Shown here: in pieces, positions 11,930 through 24,829 of the stretch | How positions within the stretch are numbered: position 1 is the stretch's first letter | How the letters are laid out: each line of letters opens with the position of its first letter | From: Glycera tridactyla | Lineage: Eukaryota | Length of the DNA: 64,000 nucleotides | NCBI GenBank assembly: GCA_965644265.1 | Contig: OZ286468.1 | Span: 41,230,001 to 41,294,000, forward strand | Reading direction: 5' to 3' | Made by a program: the position numbers and the translations under genes | The notes under the pieces: model-generated | Database searches by the model: none | Seen by the model: the letters and a program-made list of their open reading frames with translations, nothing else | What the model was told of the DNA's origin: nothing

Positions 11930-12910
11930 AGAATTTGCATTGTGCGTCTGTCCGTCTTTCTGTTACAAATCTTGTGAGTGCAATTGCAGCGGAACTACCC
12001 ATCTGTATTTGATGAAATTTGGCAGGCATGCTTCTTGAGAGGGTCCAATGAACTGATCAGATATGAGTCTATGTGACATGATTTCCAAGATCACCAGGGG
12101 CAGAAATCTCACTGAGATTTCACCAAAAAAGTACCAACTTGTATCAAACTTAGTATGTATTGTGACTTATCCAAAATGGATGACTTCATTCTCCCTCTCT
12201 ACTCAAACAAAAGCCCAAACTTAATCAACTTCCCTGTATGTGTTTGTGTGTGTGTGTGGGTGTGTGTGTGTGTGTGTTCGCTATCATACTTGCAACATTG
12301 GTATATAATTGCTGTTAGCAATTTGACAGTCATGTCCATGCTCCATTGCTACCTGTGAATACCCCGAGGCTACCATATTGGGATATTTGTATCCAATTAA
12401 TGTTAAGCAATTGAAGTCATGGCACCCCTCCCCCACCTTGGTTGAGTGAGTGAGGGGATGAATTTCAGGGCTAGCTGTCTCAAAATTTGTGTTCCTGCTC
12501 TCCTGGGCCATGGATTTACACCTGTTGAATTGTGAATTTCAATGTCACTAGGATTTCAAGGTCATTTGAATGCAAAATGGTTTCCTCCTCAAACTTGATG
12601 AACAGCCTTTCATTGACTATGCCAAACCACACATTGATTTTCCAGGGGCCATCTCCAATTTCAAGGTCACTGAATGCAGAAAGGTTGAAATAGTTTCTGG
12701 ACAATCACTTCATAAATTACAGGGGTGGCTTTCACAAACTTGGTGTACAGACATTCCCAGGCTTTGCAAGATTTTTGGGTTGCCATCTCAACTTTCAAGG
12801 TAATTGATGTGAAAATGTATTAGTTTTGTTCTTATATTTCACGTTTCTCATTTACTCTTCCTGTGACGAGCATGCACTCAGTGAGGGCATTCACACCAAT
12901 TGAGTGCATC
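11930..12910 (+). mobile_element. Helentron-associated (HINE/DINE-1-like) non-autonomous element remnants
   Basis: gtctgtccgtct core, gatgaaatttggcaggcatg and tcaaggtca motifs, (GT)n at ~12240-12278, and a terminal hairpin atgcactca...tgagtgcat at ~12870-12909. Confidence 0.5.
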
Positions 12911-13471
12911 TACAGGCTAATGGTAATACACTGGAATTTTGATGATGGTGCCAAAAGCTCAAAGGTCAATGTCACAGGAGCTATTTCCGGAACTTGATAT
13001 TTACTTCAATTTGACTAAACATCAACCAGTACGGTCAAATCTCACTCGGTGAATTGTTCTGGTTTCCTAGGTCACCATGACCTGATCAAAGGCTTCCCTT
13101 GTTAGCAAGATTCCAGTCAAAGTGCCGACATTAATTCAGCTGAACTTTTCTGATGCCTGGGTATATTCTTGTGGACAAATCCTACCCTAAGACACCTCCT
13201 TGTATCCCAGTACACCTCATACCCCAGGACACATTGTCATACTTATGACTAGTTATGCTATATCATTGGTCTCTCAAAGGATAGTTGTCAACCAATACTG
13301 TCTTAGCTTATCAGTCAGCATGCACACTCGAAGAGGAATAAGCAAGCAGGTGGGAAGCCAGGCAGGCAGGCAGGTAGTGATTGATTACAAAGTCCGGGGG
13401 AGACATATTGAGTGAAGAGGTGCCTCACTAAAATTCCAGTTAGATAAACCAGGTGCCTGTAGTATTTTCAA

Positions 13472-13550
13472 CAGTAAATGACCTCTCTGAACGGACCATC
13501 TCCCTATAAAGCCCACTTTCTGATGCGTTCTTCATAGAGAGAATCGACTG
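13472..13550. mobile_element. Short degenerate Tc1/mariner-type MITE
   Basis: cagt..acctctct...gagagaatcgactg|ta; shares the internal gaccatctccctataaag motif with the other MITEs. Confidence 0.4.
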
Positions 13551-13604
13551 TACTTCATACATACTCCTCTTCAGGCTCTCAATATTCACTGATTATCCAT
13601 CGTA

Positions 13605-13885
13605 TCTCTATCATGGGTTTTTCTCCGCATGATAACCTCTCATACCATATCAACTATCATGCAAGCTATCCCGGAGAGCAATTGGCAGTGATCCCATCAT
13701 TTTGTAGTGATGAATATATTGGAACATTTCATGTCAAATAGACCTATATCATGAGTTTTCCACCGCATGATATCCTCTCAAATCTCATACCATCTCATGC
13801 TAGCTATCTCTTGAAACAATTGGCAGAAATCCAATCATTTTGTAGTGGTGAATATATTGATATATTTTATGTCATATAGAACTGT
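13605..13885. repeat. Two diverged tandem copies of a ~140-bp unit
   Basis: ctatatcatg(g/a)gtttt..ccgcatgata.cctctca...caattggcag...atcattttgtagtg.tgaatatattg occurs twice. Confidence 0.8.
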
Positions 13886-14177
13886 GATGGTGCTGAGAGA
13901 TAAAGCTAATAATCGGAGCCAGATAACACAACCATCTATTGATCGTATCATCGATCTGCTACCAACAGCCAATGTCGAGATTAACCATATCCACCCTGAA
14001 TTATTAGCTAATGATAAAACTACTAAACAGTTCCTGATCACCAGAAATAGCTAATCTCCTGCATCAGCAATTGTCACAAATCTCAAAGGTTTTCCTCATC
14101 AGTGAAGGCTGCTCACCTCAATCTGTCTCCTCCTAGAGGTTATGTAATGCATCGCTGAATTAATATGGGTGTGAGGC

Positions 14178-14302
14178 GTCGCCCATCGAAAATTGTTTTT
14201 TGTTTTGATGCATGTACATCAATTCAGTCTTTTGTTCAGTGTCGCCTATCGAAAATAGTTTCGTTTTGATGCATGTACATCAATTTAGTCTTTTGTTCAG
14301 TA
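14178..14302. repeat. Tandem duplication of a ~63-bp unit
   Basis: tcgcc(c/t)atcgaaaat...gttttgatgcatgtacatcaatt(c/t)agtcttttgttcagt occurs twice. Confidence 0.85.
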
Positions 14303-14469
14303 TCCTGGAAGAACGGCTCGAACAAGGAACATGACAAGCATGTTTTTCCCTCAGGCATCACGAATTTTGCCTCAGATAGGAATGAACCCCACTGGCGGAT
14401 ATTGATATCATCTCTGATCACTAGAGATAAGATCATTGGGTAGATCATCTGTATATTTCACTCTCTTTT

Positions 14470-14730
14470 TTGTTCGGGTTCAACGTCCTTTCAACCACCT
14501 TCGCTTATTTTGGACTGAACAACTGGAAATACTGCAGAAAAGAGGCACTGCTGCCGGAGGCCGTCTCTACTCTTTGTGATAGACAGCAGTGGTTCTCTTA
14601 TGTGCATACAGAAGAAGACTCCAATACACACAGCCGGCCTTTGGTATCCCAGTTGGCATGCACCGGGTTAGCTGATTCAGATTTGTCTAAATACGCCCAA
14701 TTCATGCATACAATCAGATAGGGAATCTGT
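14470..14730 (-). mobile_element. SINE-like fragment
   Basis: Begins ttgttcgggttcaacgtcctttcaac, resembling reversed invertebrate SINE 3' tails; not classified. Confidence 0.3.
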
Positions 14731-14769
14731 GGAAATTATAAACTTATGTTTTTCTTACCCCGAAAGCCA

Positions 14770-15350
14770 TTTGTAAGGCCCTCAGCTCAGCTGAGAACAC
14801 TGTTAACAAATCAGGTAACCTGCAGTGATAGGTTTGTGATTCTGTATAGACAGCTGCAGATGCTTTGCTGTCACATCTGGATCCATCAGTGAAGATTGCC
14901 TCATGATCACTATAATATCACCTAATCTCTGGGTATCTACTTTTGTATAGGGATGGGTTGGTGGTCTCGTTTGTGAACTGAGCCAAGTCCAGATGTATTT
15001 GTGGAATGTCACAGTTCCAGCCTGTAATCTGAGCAGGGTTCATCTGTGTATTGGAAGTGTGTCGAAGTCGCAACACCCATATTGATTACCAAAGCTTTTT
15101 CCAAGAAAAGCAATGACTAAGGGATTTTCTTGGAATGTTTGTGTGTATTTCAGCCTAAAGACACTATCATGCGTTGAATTGGTTTGCCTTCAATTTCAGA
15201 CAGTACCAGAGACTCAACTTTTTCCTCCATGGACAAAGTGAGGGTTCTCAGCATGTTCGTCGATTTTACACTGTTTCCATAACAAATGGACCGGCCTCCA
15301 TATTGCCCCTTGTTAAAACGAGCAAAAATAGAATACAAAATTCGTATAAC
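14770..15350 (-). mobile_element. Fossil I/Nimb-clade LINE: RT thumb, tether and RNase H
   Basis: Manual translation: RILYSIFARFNKGQYGGRSICYGNSVKS..., then GWNCDIPQIHLDLAQFTNETTNPSLYKSRYPEIR*YYSDHEAIFTDGSRCDSKASAAVY...TVFSAELRALQMAF. TDGS and SVFxAELxAI are non-LTR RNase H motifs. Confidence 0.8.
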
Positions 15351-16164
15351 CTAAACAATTATCCATTGCGTGGTCAGATTTCGTCAATGGATCACATAGT
15401 CATGATATGGAATTAATTTTTCATGCTGACATATCAATTTGTCTCCATCTTCGAAAAGAAGTGACACGAATCTTGCATAATAGAGCAACTTCAACATCAT
15501 GAGCTGGATTCTTCATATCAAACAGAACCTTGGAGTTTCACACACTCATGTCGTCGGTTTTCAAGTAGATTGTGTTGATCTTTCGGCGAACACCTGACCT
15601 GACTCGAGCCACTCTCCCTTCTTTGTAATCAAGTGGCGAAGCTACAGTCATTATCGAAGCAGTGAAGATATGACCAACCAGCACTTGATGGAACCAGCAT
15701 GGAATCGAGATATTTGGTGTGCCGAGAGTGGGTGATTCAGTTCAACTTCTCCCTGATGACTATCCTATTTGCCGGATATCAACGATTCGAATCGGGAAGT
15801 TTTATTTTAGTCCGATGAAAATTCGTTAAACGTTAATTATGGTCTTGACATACTTCAGCCTGATTCGCGAGACATTTCACCAGTATCCGATCTAACTATC
15901 TGTCCATTTCTGACTGCGCTGTGAATGAGAGTATAGAAGTCGATGATCAGATGGATCAAGGATGAAAGGGTGTGAGTGAGGCTGCGTGTTATCTAGCATC
16001 AGATGACCTTTTCTACGTGATGCTCGCTAATTGATACACACAGGTGAAAGCAATAGCCTGAGGACGGAGTACATCAACCGACCTGATAAACATTATTATC
16101 TTCTACTCAAATGCATGATGTCATCGGATAGGGAATTGAATAGGGAGGTGCTGTTGATTTTCGA

Positions 16165-16620
16165 GACGTTCTGGTGCAGCCAATCATCAAGGGTTCCTGG
16201 TGCCGTCTATCATCTAGAGGTTCTAGTGCAGCCAATTATCAAGGATTTCGCGTGCCGTCTATCATCTAGAGGTTCTAGTGCTGTCAATCATCAAGGTCGC
16301 TGTTAATTTTGGAACCCTCTGGTGTTGTCAATCATCGAGGCTTTCAGGTATTGTCATCCAGTGTGGACTTCTGTTGCTGTCAATTGTAATTGCTTCCTGA
16401 TAATGCCAATATCAAGGTTTTCTGGTTATATAGATTAGCAAAGCTTTTAATTCTGCTGCAATTGTGAAAGAAATATGTGGCTGTCAACCATCGAAGCTTC
16501 CCGGTGCTGTCAATTATCAGAATATCATCTTACTTGCAGTTATGAACGCTCCATGGTGTTTCCATAGATCATGCATTACTGGTGTTGTTAGTCATCAGGA
16601 CTTTTTAGTATTGTCAATCC
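16165..16620. repeat. Degenerate ~26-bp minisatellite with a 52-bp higher-order dimer
   Basis: ggttct(g/a)gtgc(a/t)g(c/t)caatcatcaag alternates with ggtgccgtctatcatctaga. Confidence 0.8.
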
Positions 16621-16719
16621 ACATTCGGATCTTGTTTGTTAGTGCGAATAAGGGTCCCTTTGCACCTGATCTTGGAACAAATGCGGGTCTGGAATCCAGT
16701 CACTATCTTTCTCCCAGAG

Positions 16720-17060
16720 ACAGAAAGATTAACAGAGGGACGGATCGTCAGAGGGATTGGCAGAGGGACCGATTGATGGGGAAAAAGAGACTGACAGATG
16801 AGTGGACGGCTGAAGTGACAGGCTGACTGCCTTAACGATGGGGAACGATTGGCGGAGGGATGGGCGGACAGAGGGAGAGACAGATGGACGGACAGATAGA
16901 TGGAGGAATGTACAGAGAGGAGGGGCAGACAGATGGATGGACGAACGGACAGACGGGAGGACGTAAGGCGGGTAGGACGGACAGACAGGAAATGATGAAG
17001 ACGATGAACATGACGGTGAAGGGACGATGACGCTAAAGGAGAGACAGGGAGTGATAGCAG
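16720..17060. repeat. Purine-rich (GGAC/GACA)n-derived low-complexity tract
   Basis: ggacggacagatagatgg-type runs; explain ORF 16614-17105. Confidence 0.8.
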
Positions 17061-17415
17061 GAATAAATAGCTACATGCTCGACCGAACAAGATGGCCATA
17101 TACATGGTCGTTCACTTCACCTTGCTTCTCGTTAGAAAGGCTTGTCAATTGACGTGAACGGTAACTTGATTGGCAGGCCAGTCATTGCAGAGAAAAGTAA
17201 GGTGATCCGCATTTCCTATGTGACTCCATTATCTGGTCCGCAACGTTGCAGGGACATTGATCCATGCTCTGCTGGCTAGTCGATCCAGGATGGCCATCCG
17301 AAAGTGATAGCGAGAATTCGCAAGGCAATTAACTTTTGGTATATTGAATGAGGGGATTCAACCGTGGTCCGACAATGTTGTCCCCATAGTGGGTAACAGA
17401 ATTCACTTTCACATA

Positions 17416-17581
17416 CAGTTGAACCTGCTATAAAGAACACCTGTATTAAGCAACCACCTGCCTCAAGCAACCAAATCCCTTCAGAGTATTTCTCACTATA
17501 ATCAACCGGTATTAGACAACCATCTGTTTAGCAACCACTTTTCACTGTCCCGAGGGTGGTTGTTGAATAAAGGTTTGATTG
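17416..17581. mobile_element. Tc1/mariner (pogo/Tigger-like) MITE, 166 bp
   Basis: TA|CAGTTGAACCT...AGGTTTGATTG|TA: TIRs with TA TSD and internal aagcaaccac repeats. Confidence 0.8.
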
Positions 17582-20549
17582 TATTTTCATCAGAGTATTC
17601 CACTATATTGGCACAATAGGGCAGTTGCAGTAACGAGCCTATCAATTCCTGTATACATTACTGGCATTGAAATCTCAATGCATGTGAGATATGGATGCTG
17701 ATTGTGAAGAATTACCATGATATATTCAAACTGAAAATGATAAGACATTCTCGTCAACCAAATTGAATACTGGAGTGCGAAATTACATTATTCACTTTAT
17801 ATGCTCAAACTGAAGTTGGTGGAGAATTAGCTTATTCAGTGTCTGATTCACTGGAGAGGATTATCAGAATTATAAGTTGATGACATTGGATAAGTCACGA
17901 TCATTTGCAATTATGGGATATGATCTATGTAATGGATGTGAATGACACATCGTATCAATCATCTGACAAATGCCTCTAGATGTCCCTAGATGTCACACTC
18001 ACCGATGAGCTCCCCACTGAATTATTTGTGATGTATTTGAGCCAGTCGATAGTCTTTGACCAATTTGAAGAGCAAATTCTCCAATGTGCGTTTTGGCGCT
18101 CTTGTTGTGCCACCGACCGCACAATACAAATATTCGAGTAATTTCCTGATGGGAAGGTCGCCGCCTCTAATGTCACGCCTTTTCTTGTTTCAGCTGTGTT
18201 GGTGTCAAAGAACTTAGAAGTGAGAGCATGTTTATGAACTGCTTGTGGTATGGCGATATAACACTTCGGAAATCTTTGTGGAATCTTGAGGTGGTAGCAT
18301 AATATGATGATTTGATTGTGTTGTTTAACGATACATTTGACTACTGAGTCACGGTAATTAACAAACTCGATCTTTCTCCATATCAGCACTAGGTCCCCAA
18401 CAATATCAAGCGAAATGTAAAGAAATTGAGAATGTTCATATGTGACAACAGCCAATGTGAGCGTCGACACTCATATTCGCCACTTTAATGCGCAGTCCAA
18501 AAATACCAGCAGAAAATAGGTGCCGCAAAAAAAGTGAACCGACCGTAGGAATGTTACCTGAGCGGTGAGAAATGACATGATGATGGTGTAAACTACTGTT
18601 AATGGCATCCATGGCCCAACATATCAGCCAAATTTGTCACAACTACATGTCAGGGATCTGGTTTGGTGCTCCCCAGGGAAACCCCGTTATTCGCATTATA
18701 AACAATGACAATGTTACGCCGCCCGACATTTATGGTTTCCGGCAAGTCGTAAATGTAAGGACTTGCCATGTTGCTGGGGATGGTTGGAGTGGCATGTCAA
18801 GCAGTGTACATGCTTTCGGATCTTCTTCCTACATGTCAGAGCCTTCATGTACACGTCTTATGTCCATACACCAATGCACTGATCAACTATTCGCACGAAA
18901 TCTTTTTGTAGCCCCGTATATGTGAAATGAGCACGACAACTAAATTGAATCAATATCATTTCATCTTATTTCCAATATTTATTTCATCTCACTTACATTT
19001 TTGTGATCTCCGTTGGAGATCATTATGCTGCCACCTCGCTGCTCGGAATGCTTTCTAACTTCGCCGATTCTGACTCTGGAGACTGATATAATCAAACGAA
19101 TCTGGATCGGATCTGTGTAAAGGGATCGAATGATCTAATCTAAAACAGTTTTAAGATGATTTATCGATCTGATTACCGACAATTTGAGGAAATGTAGCGA
19201 TTGCGTAATGGACATTTTGCCATACATTCGTTTTTGTTGCCGATTACTGAAGCACACAGATACGAGGGCACAGAGATGTAAAGCTACGCACAAATAGTAA
19301 ATACCTGTCAATGAAGCTCCTTGGCCACGCCCACTTTGAAGAAGTAGTGCCTCTTGTTAGCACATCATTACCAGGTTTCATGGAGAAATACCAAACATAC
19401 TGTTGGAACGATCATCGGTATTGATTCCTTTACATCTGTCTGTCTTATCTGTATGCATAAATCTCGAAAAATCTTTGTTTTGGTTGATATGATCATTTGT
19501 AGGGGTGAAAAGTAGTGCTTCTTGTTCGCACCTCATTACCAGGTTTGATGGATCACTGCGCCAATTTATGAATGAAGTTGTAGATAGTGTGTGTAAAACC
19601 AGCCAATCAGAGATCAGCACTCGCACGAATGACGTTGATTCGACGAATGCTTCAGTTTTTGATGAACAGGGCCATAAGACAAATCCACGGGTGGCTCGCT
19701 CATGACTTGCACCAGGAGAACCGCTACCCCAAATTCCTGAAGGAGGGCTTGTCATCATCACCGGAGATCACTCAGCGCAGCTTTGCGCTCTTGTTTATCA
19801 TTGTCATCAGCATAAAATCATCATCCGTCCTTACACCGGTTATATACTTTTTGCAAGTCTTTTATGTATGTCATACTTCGTCCACACGGAAACGCACCCG
19901 CTTGGGAGCACTGTACCTGTTGACGAAACAAAATAAAGAATCATCTATCTAACTTCAAGATATTAGGTACTCATGTAGAATTATCACCAGGTCATTAACC
20001 CATCCAAACTATGTTCCTCGGACAAGTATCAGCATCGAAACTATTTCGGGATGATCTGCGGAAAACAAACGCCACAAAAGAGGCGAACCGACTTCAGCTG
20101 ATCCATATGTAGATACAGTCGGCAGCATCCTGAGTGCTTGAACCCTCCACTGAAATGTGTTTAGTACTACCCCCCTTCCATTCTTCCCTCATTCTTATCG
20201 GACATCCTTCATTCCGCCGACGACTGCGACGCGATTGATAGGATGTTTGATTGTTTCTTGCGTTTCGTCATCGCAACTTGGACTATATTGAGCCAACACA
20301 TTTAAGCTTCGAATTCGTAATGTGGTTGGAGAATGGTTATTACGACAGGTATTCGAATGACAGAAGAAGCGTTTCAGATGTGATGGCGGCTGAATCTCAT
20401 GTGATGATTGAATCGATTTTTCTTGCGGTAGAATAACATGATTCGTTTAGTAATCTCAATTCGTAGTCCGTTTGAACACGCAACTGAACAATTAATGCAC
20501 ATAAATTCATGCATGAACAGCACCCACATGTTTTTTGATCAGTTTCACC

Positions 20550-20588
<39 letters not shown>

Positions 20589-20833
20589 GGATGCTCACCA
20601 TATGCTCACTACCAAGCAAGATGGAATCTTGAATGATCCAACCTGCGCCCATATTTCATGGACGTTTCAGTATTACTTAAATAGTGGTCACAGGGGGTGA
20701 ATTAACCAAACGAACACGTCAAATCTCTCTCGCTCGCCCTCCCCCTTCTCTCTTTTTCTTCATCTTGTATCTCCGCCCAACTGCCATATCAGTCGCGTGC
20801 CTGTGCCTGTGCATATGTATACGTGTCAATGTA

Positions 20834-21010
20834 CAGTCAAACCTGTCCTGAGCAGCCACCCTTCGGGAAGGCAAAAAGTGGCTGCTTAGGGCAGGTGGCT
20901 GCTTAGAGCAGGTTAATTATAGTGGAAAAACCCCCATTAGGAAATTCAAAAGTGGCTGCTTAGGGCAGGTGGCTGCTTAGTACAGTGGCTGCCTAGGGCA
21001 GGTTGGACTG
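20834..21010. mobile_element. Tc1/mariner (pogo/Tigger-like) MITE, 177 bp
   Basis: TA|CAGTCAAACCTGTCCTGAGCAGCCAC...GTGGCTGCCTAGGGCAGGTTGGACTG|TA: ~26-bp TIR, TA TSD and internal gtggctgcttag repeats. Confidence 0.9.
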
Positions 21011-21317
21011 TACACACGTTGTCTGTATCAGTGTTCTAAAAGTGAGTTTCTTCAATTGCTCCAAAGGACGACGACAGCCATAAATGAGACAACCGGTTAT
21101 AAGGTACTCAATTCCAGTCGAGCTTTGTACCTGATCCTCAATCGTTGTCGTCATTGCTGATAGGCAAAGACAACGCTACACTTGTTGTACGAACGATTTG
21201 TGTTCCTTGGTCTGCTGGGATGATTATCACTGCGGAATTGGAGACAATGAGTAGGCCAGTAAACTGAGATCATCGAAAAGTGTTCAAAGGATTACTTTGT
21301 ATCCATAACTGTACAGA

Positions 21318-21792
21318 ATGGCGTTCAACAACACACGGTATGATACGATTGGGGCCAATGGTAAGGCAGCGGCACGGAAACAGGATTCTATCAAGAGCGT
21401 ATCGTTCCAGGACGACGAGCCAGGATCGCCGTACAGCCCGGGGATAGGGCCCTACAGCCCGGCGATACCACGGCGACTCATGCCCCGACAGCATTTCCGC
21501 TCCGCTTCTGCCAGATTCGCCCACAATGATTCGACGGGGTCTTTCCGTACCTCCTCGCTGCGTAGTTACACGGACAGTATACGGAACTTCCGGTTCTCTT
21601 CGTTGCGGAATGAGACGTTCAAGAGTCGGACGGACAGTATACGGAGCTTCCGCTTTACGTGGCGAGCGAGGGCGGATTCCGTCCGGAGCATCGGATCGTT
21701 GTACGGAGGTCAGCGCGGAGTGTGTCCCCTCAGTAGCACCACCTCTCTACGTATCTCCATGTTCGCTTTCAATCTCCTCCTTATTATATCAG
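21318..21792 (+). CDS. First coding exon of a probable tetraspanin-like membrane protein with long cytoplasmic N-terminus (partial gene)
   Basis: Acceptor actgtacag| at 21316, ATG at 21318 and strong donor CAG|GTAGGT after 21792 (phase 1). CpG-rich open frame of 158 codons ending SLRISMFAFNLLLIISG, which matches the tetraspanin TM1 pattern (KxxLFxFNxLxxxxG). The exon is well supported; the family call is moderate. Confidence 0.6.
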
Positions 21793-23184
21793 GTAGGTGC
21801 AATACTTGATTAGTTGATTGGTTGATTGCGTAATTGTGTGATTGATTGACTGCGTGAACGTTTGATTAATCACTCGATCGATTGATTGATTTTTGTGACT
21901 ATTCAATCTGGCACACTTCATACATCTCATACTCATCTTTCATTCAACAGAAAACTGGAAACCTGTATAACATGATATTTATGGCAATTTATTTACAGAA
22001 GAATTCACAATGCACGTGCCACTAGGCACACTTGATTTTGGCCATTTTGCCTTTCCGTACCCCTGTTCTAAATAGTATACCTAGTGGCTCTATATATAAC
22101 CAGAAGTGTAAACTTCGACAGTTACCACAGGTTGTATCTATCAGATTTCAACTGTTTACCCACTTCCCAATGAATAATTCCCAAAGCAAAAATGGCTAAC
22201 CAGTTGGCAACCCTGGTAACGACAAGGACAAAATATTTTGTCCTGAATATGGCTTTGCCATGACAGTTCATATGAACGAAAAAGGTGATTTGAACATGAC
22301 TATTGCTTGTTTCGTATTATTTATAGGTCGCGATACCCAAGGAGGAGATGGGGAAGGAGGTGGGTCTTGTTGTCAGCCGAGAATGGGAAGAATTCCTCGC
22401 GCTCAACTCTTATATACGTCGACCACAGCGCCCTCTACATACCAATACAAATCTGAAATACGAATCTTTTTCTTATTATAACACATTAAAATTAATAATC
22501 ATACAACATCAATAATATTCCAAGTACCGCCTTTTCTTTAATACATGTCATAACGTCGTAATAAATTATTTTCCATTTAATGTTGCCATCTGGCGTAAAA
22601 ATCCGTCGTCACTCCGCTTCCTCTTCCTCAAACTAAATTTCCAATATTTCTTATCACAAAAATAAATTTATTTCAAAAATTAGGTTTTCTCGATTGATTG
22701 CTTGCTTGCTCGCTCGCTCGATCGATCGATTGATTGGTTGATTGATACGACAAATATCGGGATAAATGAGTGGATGAATGGCAGACCAACCAGCCAATCC
22801 ATTGGCCAGTGGAATGCACGATCGACAATAAAGACTTCTCTTTCGGAATAGTTAATAGTATTACAAGAACAAGTGACCACCATTAAATGAGACATGTCAG
22901 CGAGATCAGCTTCAGTACTGCAATCACCTTATATTTCAACTGACCAAGATTTTGATCGAATTAGAAGAGATGAACATGAGTTTCCTGTCAATTTCCAATA
23001 CTTGATCCATAAACGTTCCCGAGGACATACAAGAGCCTCGTACCTCTACGTCACGGGTATCACTTTCTGTTCCATGATACGACGGAAGCATTTTCCAAAA
23101 TGTGTTCATCAATGACGAGGGTTATGGCATCTATAGATGAAGTGACCTCAACAGCCTGGCTATGATGAGATAGGTTGGTTGTGT

Positions 23185-23400
23185 TCTGATTTAACGCCAC
23201 GTCAGCACCAAATTTGCAATATAGTGACGCCCATACATTTGGCATGGGTCGGTTGGATCATTCAAAACTCCTCCTCCCGGGTCCGAAGACAGTATGTGAA
23301 TTCATGAAATTCACAGCTATAATATGTCCGGAGGCACAATGTCCTATGGGTTGGGTAGAGATATGGGCCGGGGTGCCAAGAGACATTTTAGAATGTCAGG
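23185..23400 (-). mobile_element. SINE-like interspersed repeat (second copy ~40615-40770)
   Basis: Both loci share aacg(c/t)cacgtcagc..c.aa...gc.atat.gtgacgccc...ggcatggg...aa.actcctcctc.cgg. Confidence 0.5.
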
Positions 23401-23642
23401 CCTCACATTGTCACTAACAATCTTGCAATCACCATCCGCTTACATGTCATATTATTATCGGACAGAAATATTATGACAGCTACTGTCACATGTCAGTTGT
23501 CACAGTAAAGCGTCCACTATCCAATATCTCCCTGACAAACATGAGACTATTTGGTTATTTGCACAATGATCAAAGTATCTTGAACACAAAGCCATGTACA
23601 TGCATGAGCCTAAAACGTATTGCTGGTTTGATACATGAGTCA

Positions 23643-24193
23643 TTATACCCCCCCCCCAAACGAAGTTGGTTGGTTGGTCAGTTGGTTGGTTGGTTGGTCT
23701 GTCTGCAAAAGTTTGTCCGGCGAACTACTACCATATTTCTCAAGGTATCTGATTGAGACTTGACATATGTCATCACCATGAAGTGAAGATGTGCAAGACA
23801 CAATTTTGGTTGCATCTGTAAGTTTGGAATCCACGGAGACGGTTGAATCGACTATGAGGCTCATTTAATTGTCTGGCCTCTCACACTCCCCTCGGCTCTC
23901 CTTTCATCATTATGTAAGATTCTCTGGTAATGGACATGCTTCTGCTCTTCTCCTATATGACTGTAATCCAAACCCACACATGGATACACACACATAGTCA
24001 AACCTGCTTGAGAGACCACCTCTCCATACAGACCATCTGCCTATCAAAACCACATGTATACAAACGCTACTTTTTGGTGTGACAGGTGGTGGCTTTTATA
24101 GACGGGTAGGCTATATCATAGCTATATTGCATACATTCTTAGTATCAAAGTGGCGGGGGTATTTTTAGTCACCTCTGTGACAAAGCTCTAGTT
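23643..24193 (+). mobile_element. Full-length Helentron-associated non-autonomous element (HINE/DINE-1-like) with nested MITE
   Basis: 5' TT|ATACCCCC, (GGTT)n microsatellite, conserved core; 3' subTIR gggggtat (24155), hairpin gtcac-ctct-gtgac and ctctagTT end. Nested MITE tagtcaaacctg...acgggtaggcta at 23995-24113. Confidence 0.75.
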
Positions 24194-24829
24194 GCTTATT
24201 GGATCCTGCATCACTTGCTTTATGGTCCTCAAGAGACATATGATATGCCAGTCTGGCTGGATTGTACATGCTATTGTTCACCTCTTGATCATACAAAGAA
24301 TTCAAACATATACTTGTTGAGTACACGAGCGATCGTCCACTGCACCCTGCATCTCCTAGTCAGAGGCGTTGATGATGATATAACCATATTCCGTCAGCGG
24401 CACGATTCAGATAATTTCAGAGTGCCGAACTGTTAGGTTAACTCATGGTGTAACTTGAACTTATTGCCTACTGATGCAGACCGTATAAAGTGGTCCGAGT
24501 GATTATTGTATGTTTTCAACTGAATGCGGAGTATCTTCGTTAATACGATCATTCGTCTCATTTTCTCATCCAAAATTATCTAAAAGCTATTTATTGAGAT
24601 ATCGATGAAAGCTGCAAGAAAATGCATGATCTACCTCTCACCAGGCTCATCCCAATTCTGATCCAACAATTATTGCGTTGCCAACAAGTCCATTTACTGC
24701 CGCATCCACATTGCCATGCTTTGTATTTTTTCTTACTTTTTCAGATGCATGGTAGTATTGTCCTCATTATTATTATGGCCATGTTGCGAGCGTTGTCATA
24801 TCACGAGATAAATATGCTAATAGAACCAT

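Noticed and set aside
19587-19952. ORF containing DLHQENRYPKFLKEG, reminiscent of an RGS C-terminus
   Set aside because: Single short motif; rest of the ORF is not RGS-like and no splice sites support it
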